DNA of 59,175 nt, filler included. It is 6 parts of 6 records of this genome, joined end to end, with 100 filler letters (N's around TTAATTAATTAA, not from the genome) between each part and the next. Parts side by side here need not be neighbours in the genome. Positions count along the whole stretch, not along the records: positions 42,453 to 53,191 come from SRR20825019_1575; positions 53,292 to 59,175 come from SRR20825019_1577; 4 more parts are not named here. One strand, written 5' to 3'. A model generated the notes under the pieces. That model was not told where the DNA came from. It did not search any database and saw only the letters and a program-made list of their open reading frames with translations. This document shows positions 47,598 to 57,100 of this stretch, in pieces (the stretch's first letter is position 1; every line of letters begins with the position of its first letter). A program made the position numbers and the translations under genes.

Positions 47598-47981
47598 ATG
47601 TCACCCACATCTGTTGAAGCCGCATTCATGATGGCGATTGATCGGCTCCTCGCGCGTCATGCTCTGAAAGCCAATTCCAGCAATACACCCAAAATCAACA
47701 AAAGTATGGTTGCGCGCGAAGCCGGGCATAGCCGGACAACACTGTACAAATATCCCAAAGTGCTTGAGAGACTGAAATCATTTGAGGCAACAGCAAAATC
47801 ATCAAAACAAAATGAGATCATGAGTCTGCGTCAGGAAATCGCCAAATTAAAACAGGAAACCGGGACGGCGAGAGACCTGATGGCAGCAATGCTGCTTCAA
47901 ATGCGCGAGATGGAACGACAAACGGCTTCAAGAATTCGCCAGGCAGTACGTATGACACAAGCAGAAGGTTCTGATACGTAA
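47598..47981 (+). CDS. Small HTH plus coiled-coil accessory protein (GinD/TnpC-like)
   Basis: HTH-like VAREAGHSRTTLYKYP followed by a coiled coil; last gene of the recombinase operon. Confidence 0.7.
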   Translation: MSPTSVEAAFMMAIDRLLARHALKANSSNTPKINKSMVAREAGHSRTTLYKYPKVLERLKSFEATAKSSKQNEIMSLRQEIAKLKQETGTARDLMAAMLLQMREMERQTASRIRQAVRMTQAEGSDT

Positions 47982-48141
47982 TGGGCCTTCCACGACACAG
48001 GAAGACTCTTAACAAGCCTTTTACATCAATCGTGGTGTCTACGCCAAGCCTCTCCTAATGCACATGTCTCCCATCTTCCATAAATCATCCCACTTACGAC
48101 AGATCACTTCCGCAGATCAGCAGAGAGGCGCCTCCCCAAGT

Positions 48142-48813
48142 TCATGCCTTTGCCCAGTCTGCCAGATTGACAAATAGCCCGAACCAGATTGACCATAGGC
48201 CAAGGGCGACGAAAACAAAGCCGGTCAACCAGCGGCGCGGACGCATCCAGTCTGCAAGTCCGACAAGAAGCGAAGTAAGTTGCGGCACGACCGAAAACGG
48301 TACCAATGGAAGTGACAACGACAGCGCAAAGACCGCCATCAGAATGAAACCCTTTGCGGCGGAGCCTGTTGCGGTTGCGGCCCCCATCAGGCCGAAAAGG
48401 ATCGGCGCGGCGCAGGCGGGAATATTCAGGCCAAACGCAACGCCCTGAACCCATGGGTTTTTCGTGATCCGCCATCCGACTGGCGCAATCCGGATACGCC
48501 GCCGAAACCGTCCCCCTGCACCGAACAGGAAGACAATTCCGATGACCATATAGAGTGCCCCAAAGATCAGCCATGCCCCGGTCTGAACCCCGATCATGCG
48601 TTGTCCCAGCATGACGATCACGCCGCCGAAACCGCCCATGACCAGAAGGCGTGCGAGCATGAATGCAGCTAGAGCCCCAACCCGCATGCGCAGTGAACGG
48701 TCACACTGGCTGTTGAGAAACAGCATATGCGCGCCAATCGTGCAGGGCTCGATAAATCCCAAAAATCCCAAGCCCAGCGCAAGAAAGATCAGGTTGAACA
48801 GGTCCGGTGTCAC
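48142..48813 (-). CDS. CcdA/DsbD transmembrane-domain protein, last gene of the mer operon
   Basis: About six TM segments with two membrane cysteines (EPCTIG, IPACAAP); GTG start with AAGGA RBS 32 nt after the merA stop. Confidence 0.7.
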   Translation of the reverse strand: MTPDLFNLIFLALGLGFLGFIEPCTIGAHMLFLNSQCDRSLRMRVGALAAFMLARLLVMGGFGGVIVMLGQRMIGVQTGAWLIFGALYMVIGIVFLFGAGGRFRRRIRIAPVGWRITKNPWVQGVAFGLNIPACAAPILFGLMGAATATGSAAKGFILMAVFALSLSLPLVPFSVVPQLTSLLVGLADWMRPRRWLTGFVFVALGLWSIWFGLFVNLADWAKA

Positions 48814-48845
48814 GTTTGTAAATTCCTTATCATCGTCGCATGGTG

Positions 48846-50267
48846 TTACCCGGCACAACAGGACAGTCTGGCGACATCTCTCGCAAAGCCCTGAGCGGCA
48901 AGTTTCAGGCCCTCGACTGTGGTCAGATAGGGAAAAATCGTGTCGCCAAGTTCTTGGGCGGTCATCCCAAACCGTATGGCCAGCGCCATTGTCTGAATGC
49001 TGTCACAGCCCTCGGGTGCCAGTATCTGAGCGCCCAGCAAGCGGTCAGTTGCTTCATCTGCAATGAGTTTTATCAAACCGCGTGTATCACGGGCGGCAAG
49101 TGATCTGGGCACCAGATCAAGCGGCACGACAGATGTCTTGACCACAAAGCCCCGTTTCTGTGCCTGAACCTCGGAGAGACCTACGCCAGCAACTTGTGGA
49201 TCAGTGAAGACAACCCAGGGCATCGTTGTGTTGTCATATGTCTGTTCGTCACGGTTATAGGCATTTATTGCCGCAAGTTTGGCGCCATAAGCTGCCATAT
49301 AAACGAACTGGTCGCGCCCGGTCACATCGCCCGCAGCATATACATCAGGACGCGTCGTCCGCATGTACGCGTCCACAACAATTCCGCCATTCGAATTTAC
49401 TTCAATTCCGGCCGTTTCGAGGCCTAATCCGTTTGTATTCGGCTTACGGCCTGTCGTTACCAGGATATGTTCAGCAAAAAGAACCTCGGCCTGGCCATCA
49501 ACGTTAATGGTCAGTTCCGTTTTATCATTCTTCCGTTCAACCCTCTCGTAGGTGAGGCCCGTGCGAACGGATACCCCTTCATTCCTTAACTCCTGAGTGA
49601 GCGATGCAGCAATTTCCGGTTCTGCTTCGGGAAGAAGCCGTGACCGTGTCACCAGCGTAACCGAGCTGCCGAGCCGTGCAAACATCTGAGCCAGTTCACA
49701 ACCGATATATCCGCCGCCAATCACGAGAAGTGATCGTGGCTGCTGATCAAGTTCAAGTGCCGTTGTACTGGTCAGACAGGGGACATTCTCAATGCCTGGA
49801 ATATCGGGAAATGACGGGGATGTGCCGGTTGCAATGATTGTCTTTCTTGCAACAAGCTTTTTGCCGTCAAGCAGAAGACCGGTGTCATTAAATATAACGT
49901 CCCCTTCGAGATAATCGATACCATCATATTCGGGCAGCAGATCGATATATTTCTTCTGACGCAAACCGGAAACCAGATCCTCTTTAGCCTTGATCAGGGA
50001 CTGCCAGTCAGCGACATGAGCGTTTCCGGAGAGGCCGGGAAAACGCGCAGCGGCCCCCGCACCATGCACGGCCTCTGCGGCACGGATCATGGTTTTGGAG
50101 GGAACACACCCGACATTGACGCATGTGCCGCCAATCATTCCCTTGCCGATAAGTGCGACCCTTGCGCCCTGTTCAGCGGCCGTAATCGCCGCCGAAAAAC
50201 CGGCCGAACCCGCGCCGATGACAGCAAGGTCATATTCCTGTTTGTCGGTCGAACAACAATTGTTCAT
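48846..50267 (-). CDS. merA: Mercuric reductase without an N-terminal NmerA domain
   Basis: Motifs GAGSAG, GGTCVNVGCVPSK, GGGYIG, FVYMAAY, FPYLT and C-terminal LSCCAG. Confidence 0.95.
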   Translation of the reverse strand: MNNCCSTDKQEYDLAVIGAGSAGFSAAITAAEQGARVALIGKGMIGGTCVNVGCVPSKTMIRAAEAVHGAGAAARFPGLSGNAHVADWQSLIKAKEDLVSGLRQKKYIDLLPEYDGIDYLEGDVIFNDTGLLLDGKKLVARKTIIATGTSPSFPDIPGIENVPCLTSTTALELDQQPRSLLVIGGGYIGCELAQMFARLGSSVTLVTRSRLLPEAEPEIAASLTQELRNEGVSVRTGLTYERVERKNDKTELTINVDGQAEVLFAEHILVTTGRKPNTNGLGLETAGIEVNSNGGIVVDAYMRTTRPDVYAAGDVTGRDQFVYMAAYGAKLAAINAYNRDEQTYDNTTMPWVVFTDPQVAGVGLSEVQAQKRGFVVKTSVVPLDLVPRSLAARDTRGLIKLIADEATDRLLGAQILAPEGCDSIQTMALAIRFGMTAQELGDTIFPYLTTVEGLKLAAQGFARDVARLSCCAG

Positions 50268-50268
50268 A

Positions 50269-50520
50269 TTATTTTCCTTTCCGGGTGGTTGGTTGTGTAT
50301 CGGTCTCGCAGCAAGCGCGCGCACGGGCTCGTTGTCGGTAGCCGTACAGTGCCAGGGCAATGAACAGGAGTAATCCGGGTATGAGGACATAGTCTATCCA
50401 GCCCAGCCATGCCGAGAGTCCAAGGGCCCCGAACGAGACAACAAGGATTGGTGTGAAACAGCAGATCACAGCAAAAATTGTTCCGACGATCCCGGTTTTG
50501 AAAATGGTGTTGCCACGCAT
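50269..50520 (-). CDS. merF: Mercury transporter MerF
   Basis: Motifs AVICCFTPILV and WIDYVLIP, with C-terminal CC. Confidence 0.88.
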   Translation of the reverse strand: MRGNTIFKTGIVGTIFAVICCFTPILVVSFGALGLSAWLGWIDYVLIPGLLLFIALALYGYRQRARARACCETDTQPTTRKGK

Positions 50521-50523
50521 TAT

Positions 50524-50853
50524 TTAATCCCGCGCCTTGGCCGGATAACCGGCATTTGTCGAAGCGATCCCGATGGTTTCCACATTGGCGACTGACGGGT
50601 CGAAGGTGACAGTTGCGGTTTTTTTATCGAAGTTGACGTCTACGGCCTCTACGCCGGTGACGGCTTCCATCGCGGTTTTGACCGTCACCGGACACAGGGC
50701 GCAGGTCATGTTTTCGATGTCGAAAACGGTTGTTTGTTCATCCTGCGCTGTGGCGCTGGCAGCAAGCGCCGCAGTTGGGAGGTAGCCTCCCGGATATATG
50801 ACAGCCAGTCCCAGGGCAAATGCCCCGGCCAGAATAATGCCTGTTCGTTTCAT
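50524..50853 (-). CDS. merP: Periplasmic mercury-binding protein
   Basis: Signal peptide; HMA motif MTCALCPVTV; TNAGYP. Confidence 0.88.
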   Translation of the reverse strand: MKRTGIILAGAFALGLAVIYPGGYLPTAALAASATAQDEQTTVFDIENMTCALCPVTVKTAMEAVTGVEAVDVNFDKKTATVTFDPSVANVETIGIASTNAGYPAKARD

Positions 50854-50864
50854 CTCGATTTCTC

Positions 50865-51254
50865 CTAATAGAACAGCGGTGCCCACCAGTTGATTGTCAG
50901 GGCCAATCCCACCAGCACGGTTGAGAACCACAGGGCGGCTTTGGTGATCAGTGCGGATTCCGGACGGGCGCAGTAAGACCCGTCGTCACAAGCTGGCTTG
51001 GTCTTGAAATAGACCTGCCAGAACCCCAGCCCGATAAATATCAGAGCCACCGTCGCGAAGAGTGGTTTGTAAGGTTCAAGAGCCGTCAGATTGCCGATCC
51101 AGGCCCCCGACACCCCCAGCATCAGAAGCAGGAGTGGTGCGACACAGCAGGCGGATGCAAGAATGGCTCCGACCACTCCACCAGTTGCAAGCAGACCTCT
51201 TTTTGTCTGCTTCCCGTCATCCGACAACAGGTCGTCCGATTTGATATCGTTCAT
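50865..51254 (-). CDS. merT: Mercury transporter MerT
   Basis: Motifs ASACCVAPL, GAWIGNLTALEPY and CDDGSYC. Confidence 0.92.
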   Translation of the reverse strand: MNDIKSDDLLSDDGKQTKRGLLATGGVVGAILASACCVAPLLLLMLGVSGAWIGNLTALEPYKPLFATVALIFIGLGFWQVYFKTKPACDDGSYCARPESALITKAALWFSTVLVGLALTINWWAPLFY

Positions 51255-51283
51255 GTGATTTACCTCGAATTCGATTCGCAGTT

Positions 51284-51314
51284 AAGATACAGTCTGTAGC
51301 TGCTACAGATTAAA
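51284..51314 (-). promoter_or_regulatory. MerR-type promoter/operator for merTPFA
   Basis: On the minus strand, TTTAAT-19 bp-TATCTT encloses the dyad TCTGTAGC-N-GCTACAGA (51293-51309). Confidence 0.8.
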
Positions 51315-51329
51315 GAAGGTTTTGATCAC

Positions 51330-51746
51330 ATGGACGATCACAATTCCGGGAGGCGACTAAAGCGAGCAGAATTGTCGAAGGTGACAGGCTGTCATCTTGA
51401 AACGATCCGCTATTATGAAAAGACCGGCATGATGCCCGATCCGCGGCGCAGCAAAACGGGTTACAGGCTGTATGACGAAACACATGTTTCCCGGTTGCGG
51501 TTTATCCTGCGCGCCCGTGATCTGGGTTTTTCGATTGAAGATATCCGGGGGTTGCTGACTCTTATAGATGGTCAGTTGCAAACATGTTCGGAGGTCAAAC
51601 AGCGTACGGAAAGCCATCTTGCTGACGTGCGCACAAAAATTGATGACCTGAAACGGATCGAACAGGTTTTGGCGGAAACGGCAGCTCAATGTTCAGGAAA
51701 AGATGTGCCTGAGTGCCCTGTTCTGGAAGCCTTGTTCCACGTTTGA
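51330..51746 (+). CDS. merR: Hg(II)-responsive MerR regulator
   Basis: ETIRYYE HTH, RARDLGFS and three Cys ligands (TCSEV, QCSG, ECPVL); divergent from merT. Confidence 0.88.
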   Translation: MDDHNSGRRLKRAELSKVTGCHLETIRYYEKTGMMPDPRRSKTGYRLYDETHVSRLRFILRARDLGFSIEDIRGLLTLIDGQLQTCSEVKQRTESHLADVRTKIDDLKRIEQVLAETAAQCSGKDVPECPVLEALFHV

Positions 51747-52039
51747 AGTAGTAGCTTGTGAGTTCGGCTTCATCAAAAGGACAAAGAGGCCAGTTATCAA
51801 TTTTTACAACATTGTCAGCATGCCAACAAATGAAGTAAATTTCAATTATTCCCAAATCCTTGAGCTAAATATCAACAAAAACTTATGATGGAATGCCAGA
51901 TTACAAAAAAGGATACGCCCCAAGTAATATATAAAATAGGAAGTATTTAGCAAGATAAACCAAAAAAGTTTCTGTTTATATAATTAAATCGGCAAGAGTA
52001 AAATATTGGTTTTTCGGTTTGTTCCACAGTAAAACCCCT

Positions 52040-52447
52040 CTACCTCTTATGCGTCTCTTTATCATTGATCCCAGAAAGAACGCCACATTCCTCTACATCC
52101 CGTCCATCTTTGCAACTTTCTCTTAGTGAAACGAGTTGTATTTCTAGCGCTTGTAGAGTGGCAATCTGTGATTGCACATGAGATATGTGATCATCAAGTA
52201 AAACGTTGACCGCATTACAAGGCTGATGAGGCTCATCCTGATGCTGCTGTAGTTCGGAAATCTCCGCCAGAGATAGACCCAGAATTCTGCAGCGACGGAT
52301 AAATCTCAACCGTTGACCATGCTTTTTGGTATAGACGCGGTAGCCGTTTTCTCTCCGCCCTACCGACGGCAATAGGCCCTGCTGTTCATAGAAGCGGATT
52401 GTTTGTGTGTCGATCTCTACTAACCGTGCCAACTGACCAATGCGCAT
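52040..52447 (-). CDS. cadR: Cd(II)/Pb(II)-responsive MerR-family regulator
   Basis: Motifs MRIGQLA...QTIRFYEQQGLL, FIRRCRILGLSL, PCNAVN and SC...ECGVL. Confidence 0.8.
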   Translation of the reverse strand: MRIGQLARLVEIDTQTIRFYEQQGLLPSVGRRENGYRVYTKKHGQRLRFIRRCRILGLSLAEISELQQHQDEPHQPCNAVNVLLDDHISHVQSQIATLQALEIQLVSLRESCKDGRDVEECGVLSGINDKETHKR

Positions 52448-52464
52448 TTGTCCTCTCCACCCTA

Positions 52465-52495
52465 TTGACCTTATAGTTACTATATAGTTTTGAAT
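52465..52495 (+). promoter_or_regulatory. CadR/PbrR-type promoter-operator
   Basis: TTGACC-19 bp-TTGAAT with the dyad TATAGT-T-ACTATA (52472-52484). Confidence 0.7.
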
Positions 52496-52527
52496 GGTAA
52501 CACTGTAATTTAAAGTGGAACCATGTC

Positions 52528-53191
52528 ATGAGTATATTCTGTGATAGCCTTTCTGGTAGTGATGCACCTCCGCCATCGAATACCGATGAACCGAACGCCT
52601 TCGAAGCATCAGAGCAATGGATCAGTATTTATGCAGTGCCAAAAATGGACTGCCCGTCAGAAGAACGAATAATCCGCCTCGCCCTGAATGGCCTTAAGGA
52701 GATTCAGACCTTGTCCTTCGACTTGTCGAACCACCAGTTGGAGGTCGTACACAATGGCGAAGTTGCCGCTATCACTACAAAGTTGGAGACCTTGGGGCTA
52801 GGCGCTACGCTTCAGGAAAGCACCGCAGCCGATCCAGAGACCATCAAGACCGCCGAAGCCTCAACTACCTCTATCAAACAAGAAGCAGGCACCCTGCGCT
52901 GGTTGCTTGGCATCAATGCACTCCTATTTCTAATAGAAATGATTTCCGGCCTGGCAGCCCAGTCCACTGGCCTAATTAGTGAGTCTCTTGATAATTTCGC
53001 AGATGCGGCGGTATACGGGCTCGCCCTTTATGCTGTTGGGCATAGCATAAGAATGCAGGTGCGTGCCGCGCATCTTGCTGGTGTTCTGCAGCTAATTCTG
53101 GCTGTTGGAGCACTAGCGGAGGTGGTGAGACGCTTTGTATTTGGCAGTGAGCCTGAATCGTTGGTGATGATGGCTATCGCATTCGTCGCAT
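52528..53191 (+). CDS. Heavy-metal cation transporter (HMA-like domain plus CDF-like TM region), 3' truncated
   Basis: Motifs KMDCPSEE, LLGINALLFLIE and ESLDNFADAAVYG. Confidence 0.8.
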
Positions 53192-53291
53192 NNNNNNNNN
53201 NNNNNNNNNNNNNNNNNNNNNNNNNNNNNNNNNNNTTAATTAATTAANNNNNNNNNNNNNNNNNNNNNNNNNNNNNNNNNNNNNNNNNNNN
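53192..53291. other. Artificial contig spacer
   Basis: N44-TTAATTAATTAA-N44. Confidence 0.98.
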
Positions 53292-53379
53292 GATTCACTT
53301 TGATAAAGATCAACTGCTATAAAGTTTTGAAGAAACTACTAAAATGTGAGGCCGCTGATCTCTCAGCTGGTCCACCATG

Positions 53380-53560
53380 GCCGCGCCCGCGGCGCGGTTC
53401 GTTGGCGGGCCGATTACCTACAATCGGTAGGTGTGGGGCGGCCCGGTCCGGTCCGCCGGGGCCATTCGAATTGCGCCGCGGCCGGCGGCGCCCGGCCCGC
53501 GGCCTCAACTCCTGCCTCGTGAGCCTGACCAGCGCACGGCAGCCCGGGCCGTCACACTCG
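53380..53560. promoter_or_regulatory. GC-rich island upstream of the helicase gene
   Basis: Same GC/CpG-rich style as on the other eukaryotic contigs; a candidate 48-nt intron (GTATGT...CTAAT...TAG) lies at 54032-54079 upstream of the ATG. Confidence 0.35.
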
Positions 53561-54142
53561 TGGGAGAACATGATCGGAAGTTTCCGTTCGGCAACTCGGA
53601 ACGCTCGGCTGCCGACCGACTGGAGGTGGGAACCGCCGCCATCTCATCGAGCCGCAGTGTTCTTGTTGAGGCTTTGTGAGCCCATCACGCAAGGCTGTGA
53701 CTCCCGAGGCAGCGCTCGCTCAGACCAGTCTCCTTGGTTCCATCAGTCATGCATATTTTTATACCAGGCTGTTGCGGAACGAAGACTTCCGCTTGCTCAG
53801 TCCCGCTCGCTGTGCCGCCCCCCTCTGGTCAACCATGTCTCGACTCTCCAGATAGTGCCTGTCGGGGCGCGTCGGGTGCCGGCCCCTATACTCACCCCAC
53901 CCCCCAAACCATCACACCAAACATCCCGCTCTCCTCCACCCTCCAAGTAGGTTGAGGTTTTGAATATGCACACCAAGACGATGACTATCATCAAACGTCG
54001 AAGGACGATATCAAAATTATAGGGATTATTGGTATGTCGTCCGTAGAGTGTACGAGTGTCTTTGTCTGCTAATATGTAGCTTGAAGAACACTGCGGTTAC
54101 GTCAGTGGAGAGAAGAGCTTTTCGGAGAAGAGAGAAGAGAAT

Positions 54143-57100
54143 ATGGCGAAGTGCGGTGAAGATTTCGCCGTCAACAAGGGGGAGGGGCACAAGGGCAAAA
54201 AGGGAGGGAAATGGGCTGACACGGTTGCAAGCAAGGGTGAAGATCAAGATGAAGACGCACCCAAAACGAGCGCTCATCAGAGCCATAAGTCAGAGTATTG
54301 GAGGGATCCGGCTGCGCAACAAGAACGGCGCCGGCTCTATAAAAAGACGGCCTCACAGCAAGGTCGAGAGGATCGGTCAGATGAGATGCACGCGTCGCAC
54401 TTGTTTGGTTGCGACCGCGTATCACATATGGCCAAGGAAGGTCTCATTCCAAACGATGAGGACATACTTGAACTTGTAAGGAATCAATTTAAGGGCCTTG
54501 ATGTAAAGAATGTTCGAATGACGAATGCGACAACGAATGCCGAAGTCCATACGGCAATAGCCAAGGAATTCAACGAAGTAGTGAATGACAAAGAGAAGAA
54601 GATCACTGCATTCACCACGAAGCAAGGGTGTGAGGTCACGAAATCAGAGATACAAGCGCGTGCGAAAGGGGAGATAAAGCTGGCGAAGGAGATGGGTCTC
54701 ATGCGCTTTAAGGAGGTTCATAAGCACTTCAAGGACGTGGCCAAGGCAGTGGAATTGGATGGCCGTGTTGTTGGTAATAACACTAAGACCTTCGAGACTG
54801 TCAAGGAGGCCCGCGAGACACTGCGGAAAGAAGCTAGAGCGAAAGCTGAGGCGAAGAAAGAGCTTTCCAATGGCAACGTCCCTAAAACAATTGCCGATAA
54901 GCTTGTCGATGATAAGGTGGCCAGCCGCGATACCCCTGGTCCGGTGCGGGTGTACATTTGCAAGCGCGATAACTATAAAGAAGACGTCCACAAGGCCAAT
55001 CAGAGGCTGGATAAGTATCGTTATCTTGACCGGCACGGCAAGGACACGCCAAGAATGCTGCGATCGGCCTTGGAGAAAGACGGGGTGAAGATGGACAAGT
55101 ACCAGATTGGCCACGTCTACCCTCGAGCCGGGAGCACGGATAAGAGCATCAACAGTGTCAAGAATCTGTTCATCCAGCATGCAACAGATAATGATAAGCT
55201 ATCATCTCTTCCCGCAAGCTCGGGTGAGCTTTTGGCTGCCGGTCGTTATGCCCTTGTTCTGCATCGGTACGGCCTTGGGCGAGTGATTGTGGATCCAGAA
55301 AAGCTACCTGACGAAATGAAGGATGGGCACGACAAATTCGAGAAGCCTTGTTTTGATCGTGAAGTGCGTGTGAATGTCATTTCACCGGAACCTCCTTACG
55401 ACAGCCACGGGTGGCATCGGATTTGTGACTTAGAGCCCGGAGACCACGTGCGCTCGGCGGATGGTGGTGCGGCTCGCGTGATGCGGGTCACTTGCAGCCA
55501 CGTTGGCAGTGATATCCTGATGTGTGGCCAGGCCGACAATTCCACAGATCCGCTGTGGCTCACACCAGGCCATCCACTGAGGATCAAAGGCAAATGGATC
55601 CGGCCAAGCGAACAATGGGAACGCATTTCGCGCTATCAAGACGCTGTGTACAACATCTACGTGGAGCCTCCCAGTCCCATATGCATCAGCGCTTGCCCTG
55701 ACGGCGCCGTGCAGTTCGAAGCCAGTAGCCTGGGACATCCCACACCAGGCATTGCGGGCGAGGCGAACGACTCTTGGCTGCAGGCCTCATCAGCCCAAGC
55801 TGGCGTTTGTAAGTGGCTTCTTCAATTCGATGAGTTCCACGTGAACCTGACTTATCGCGGTTCCTTGGCCGACGTGGAGGCTGCCCGCGACGCTGGCCAC
55901 CACTATCGCCTTATTCCTCTCTCTACACCACTGGCAACCTCCATGGCTCGTACTCAGATTTGTAAGGTTCGTACAAAAAGGGGTGTCCGCCGGTGTGAAA
56001 TCATTGATGATCCGACAATCAATGATGATGATGGTGACATGCACGCGGTGTTTCTGGTAGCTGAGTCCGAAGATGTCCTTGAGCGCGCTGCCCGCATCAT
56101 GGATACAAACGATGGCGCAGCCAAGATTCTACAAGCACGAGAGCGGCTCCCTTCTGCGAAGAGCAAGGCGGAAGTCATTGAAATGGTAGCACGAAATGAT
56201 ATTGTCGTGATTTCGGGCCCGCCTGGCAGTGGGAAAACCACCCAAGTTCCTCAGTACCTTCTTGAATCCGGGCTTGTCCCTCCTAATCTTGGAATAGTGT
56301 GCACGCAGCCTAGGGTTGTTGCCGCTCGTGAAGTTGCCGGCCGTGTCGCGACTGAGCGTGGCGTGGTTGTTGGGAGCGAGGTTGGATACAACGTCCGATT
56401 TGACAATATGACATCGCGGGAGACAAGGATGCACTTTGTTACGGACGGGATCATTCTACGTGAAATCAACATGGACCCCCTTCTCTCCAAGTACGGTGTT
56501 GTAATCGTGGACGAGGCGCATGAGCGCGGAAAGAATTTAGATCTGGCGCTGGCACAGCTGAAAAAAAGTGTCGTTGAGCGAAAAAGAAACCACGAAGCTG
56601 ACCCCTCTTTGCCGCTGCTGCGTGTTATTGTGATGAGCGCGACCATGGACACAGACAAGTTCTCCTCCTTCTTCTTCGGTGCCCCAATAGTCCAGTTCAC
56701 TGGCCGGGCGTTCACTGTGAGTGAACGATTCATCGGAGGTGGCCTGCCACCACAAGCATGGGCGAATCCGGAGTCCGTGGCCAGTTCAGCGGTGGATGCA
56801 GTACTTACGATAAGCCGGGACGAGGGCCACCAGCCTGGTGATGTCCTAGTCTTTCTTCCAGGCACCGCCGAGATCGAGGCGGCCGTGAGCATGATGCGTC
56901 ACAAGTTCAAGAAAAAATCTGATGCCCTTCCGCTGGTGATCCTTCCGCTTTACAGTAAGCTTCCCAAAGAGCAACAGAAAAAGGTTTTTCGGCCGGTGTG
57001 TGACGGGAATCGGAAGGTGGTGTTTTCAACGAATGTTGCCGAGACCAGCGTGACGATCGATGGAATTGTTCATGTTGTGGACTCTGGTCTCAAGAAGGAA

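Larger units (their letters stand above)
42453..53191. mobile_element. GInt-like genomic island (three tyrosine-recombinase-related genes plus a small gene) carrying heavy-metal resistance cargo; ends not visible
   Basis: Four tightly coupled genes of ginABCD-like size and order, followed directly by mer and cadR modules. Confidence 0.65.

Noticed and set aside
50268-50390. Extended MerA N-terminus given in the ORF track (514 aa)
   Set aside because: It overlaps merF; the RBS-preceded ATG at 50267 gives a typical NmerA-less enzyme.
21342-53191. Horizontal transfer of sprA or mer regions into the eukaryote
   Set aside because: Every bacterial/eukaryotic junction is an artificial N-linker, and the bacterial contigs keep operons, RBSs and terminators.
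55349-55738. Canonical intein with homing endonuclease inserted in the helicase
   Set aside because: The Hint domain lies outside the helicase core, lacks the terminal Asn plus nucleophile, and the HNH-like motifs are upstream of it rather than inside it.
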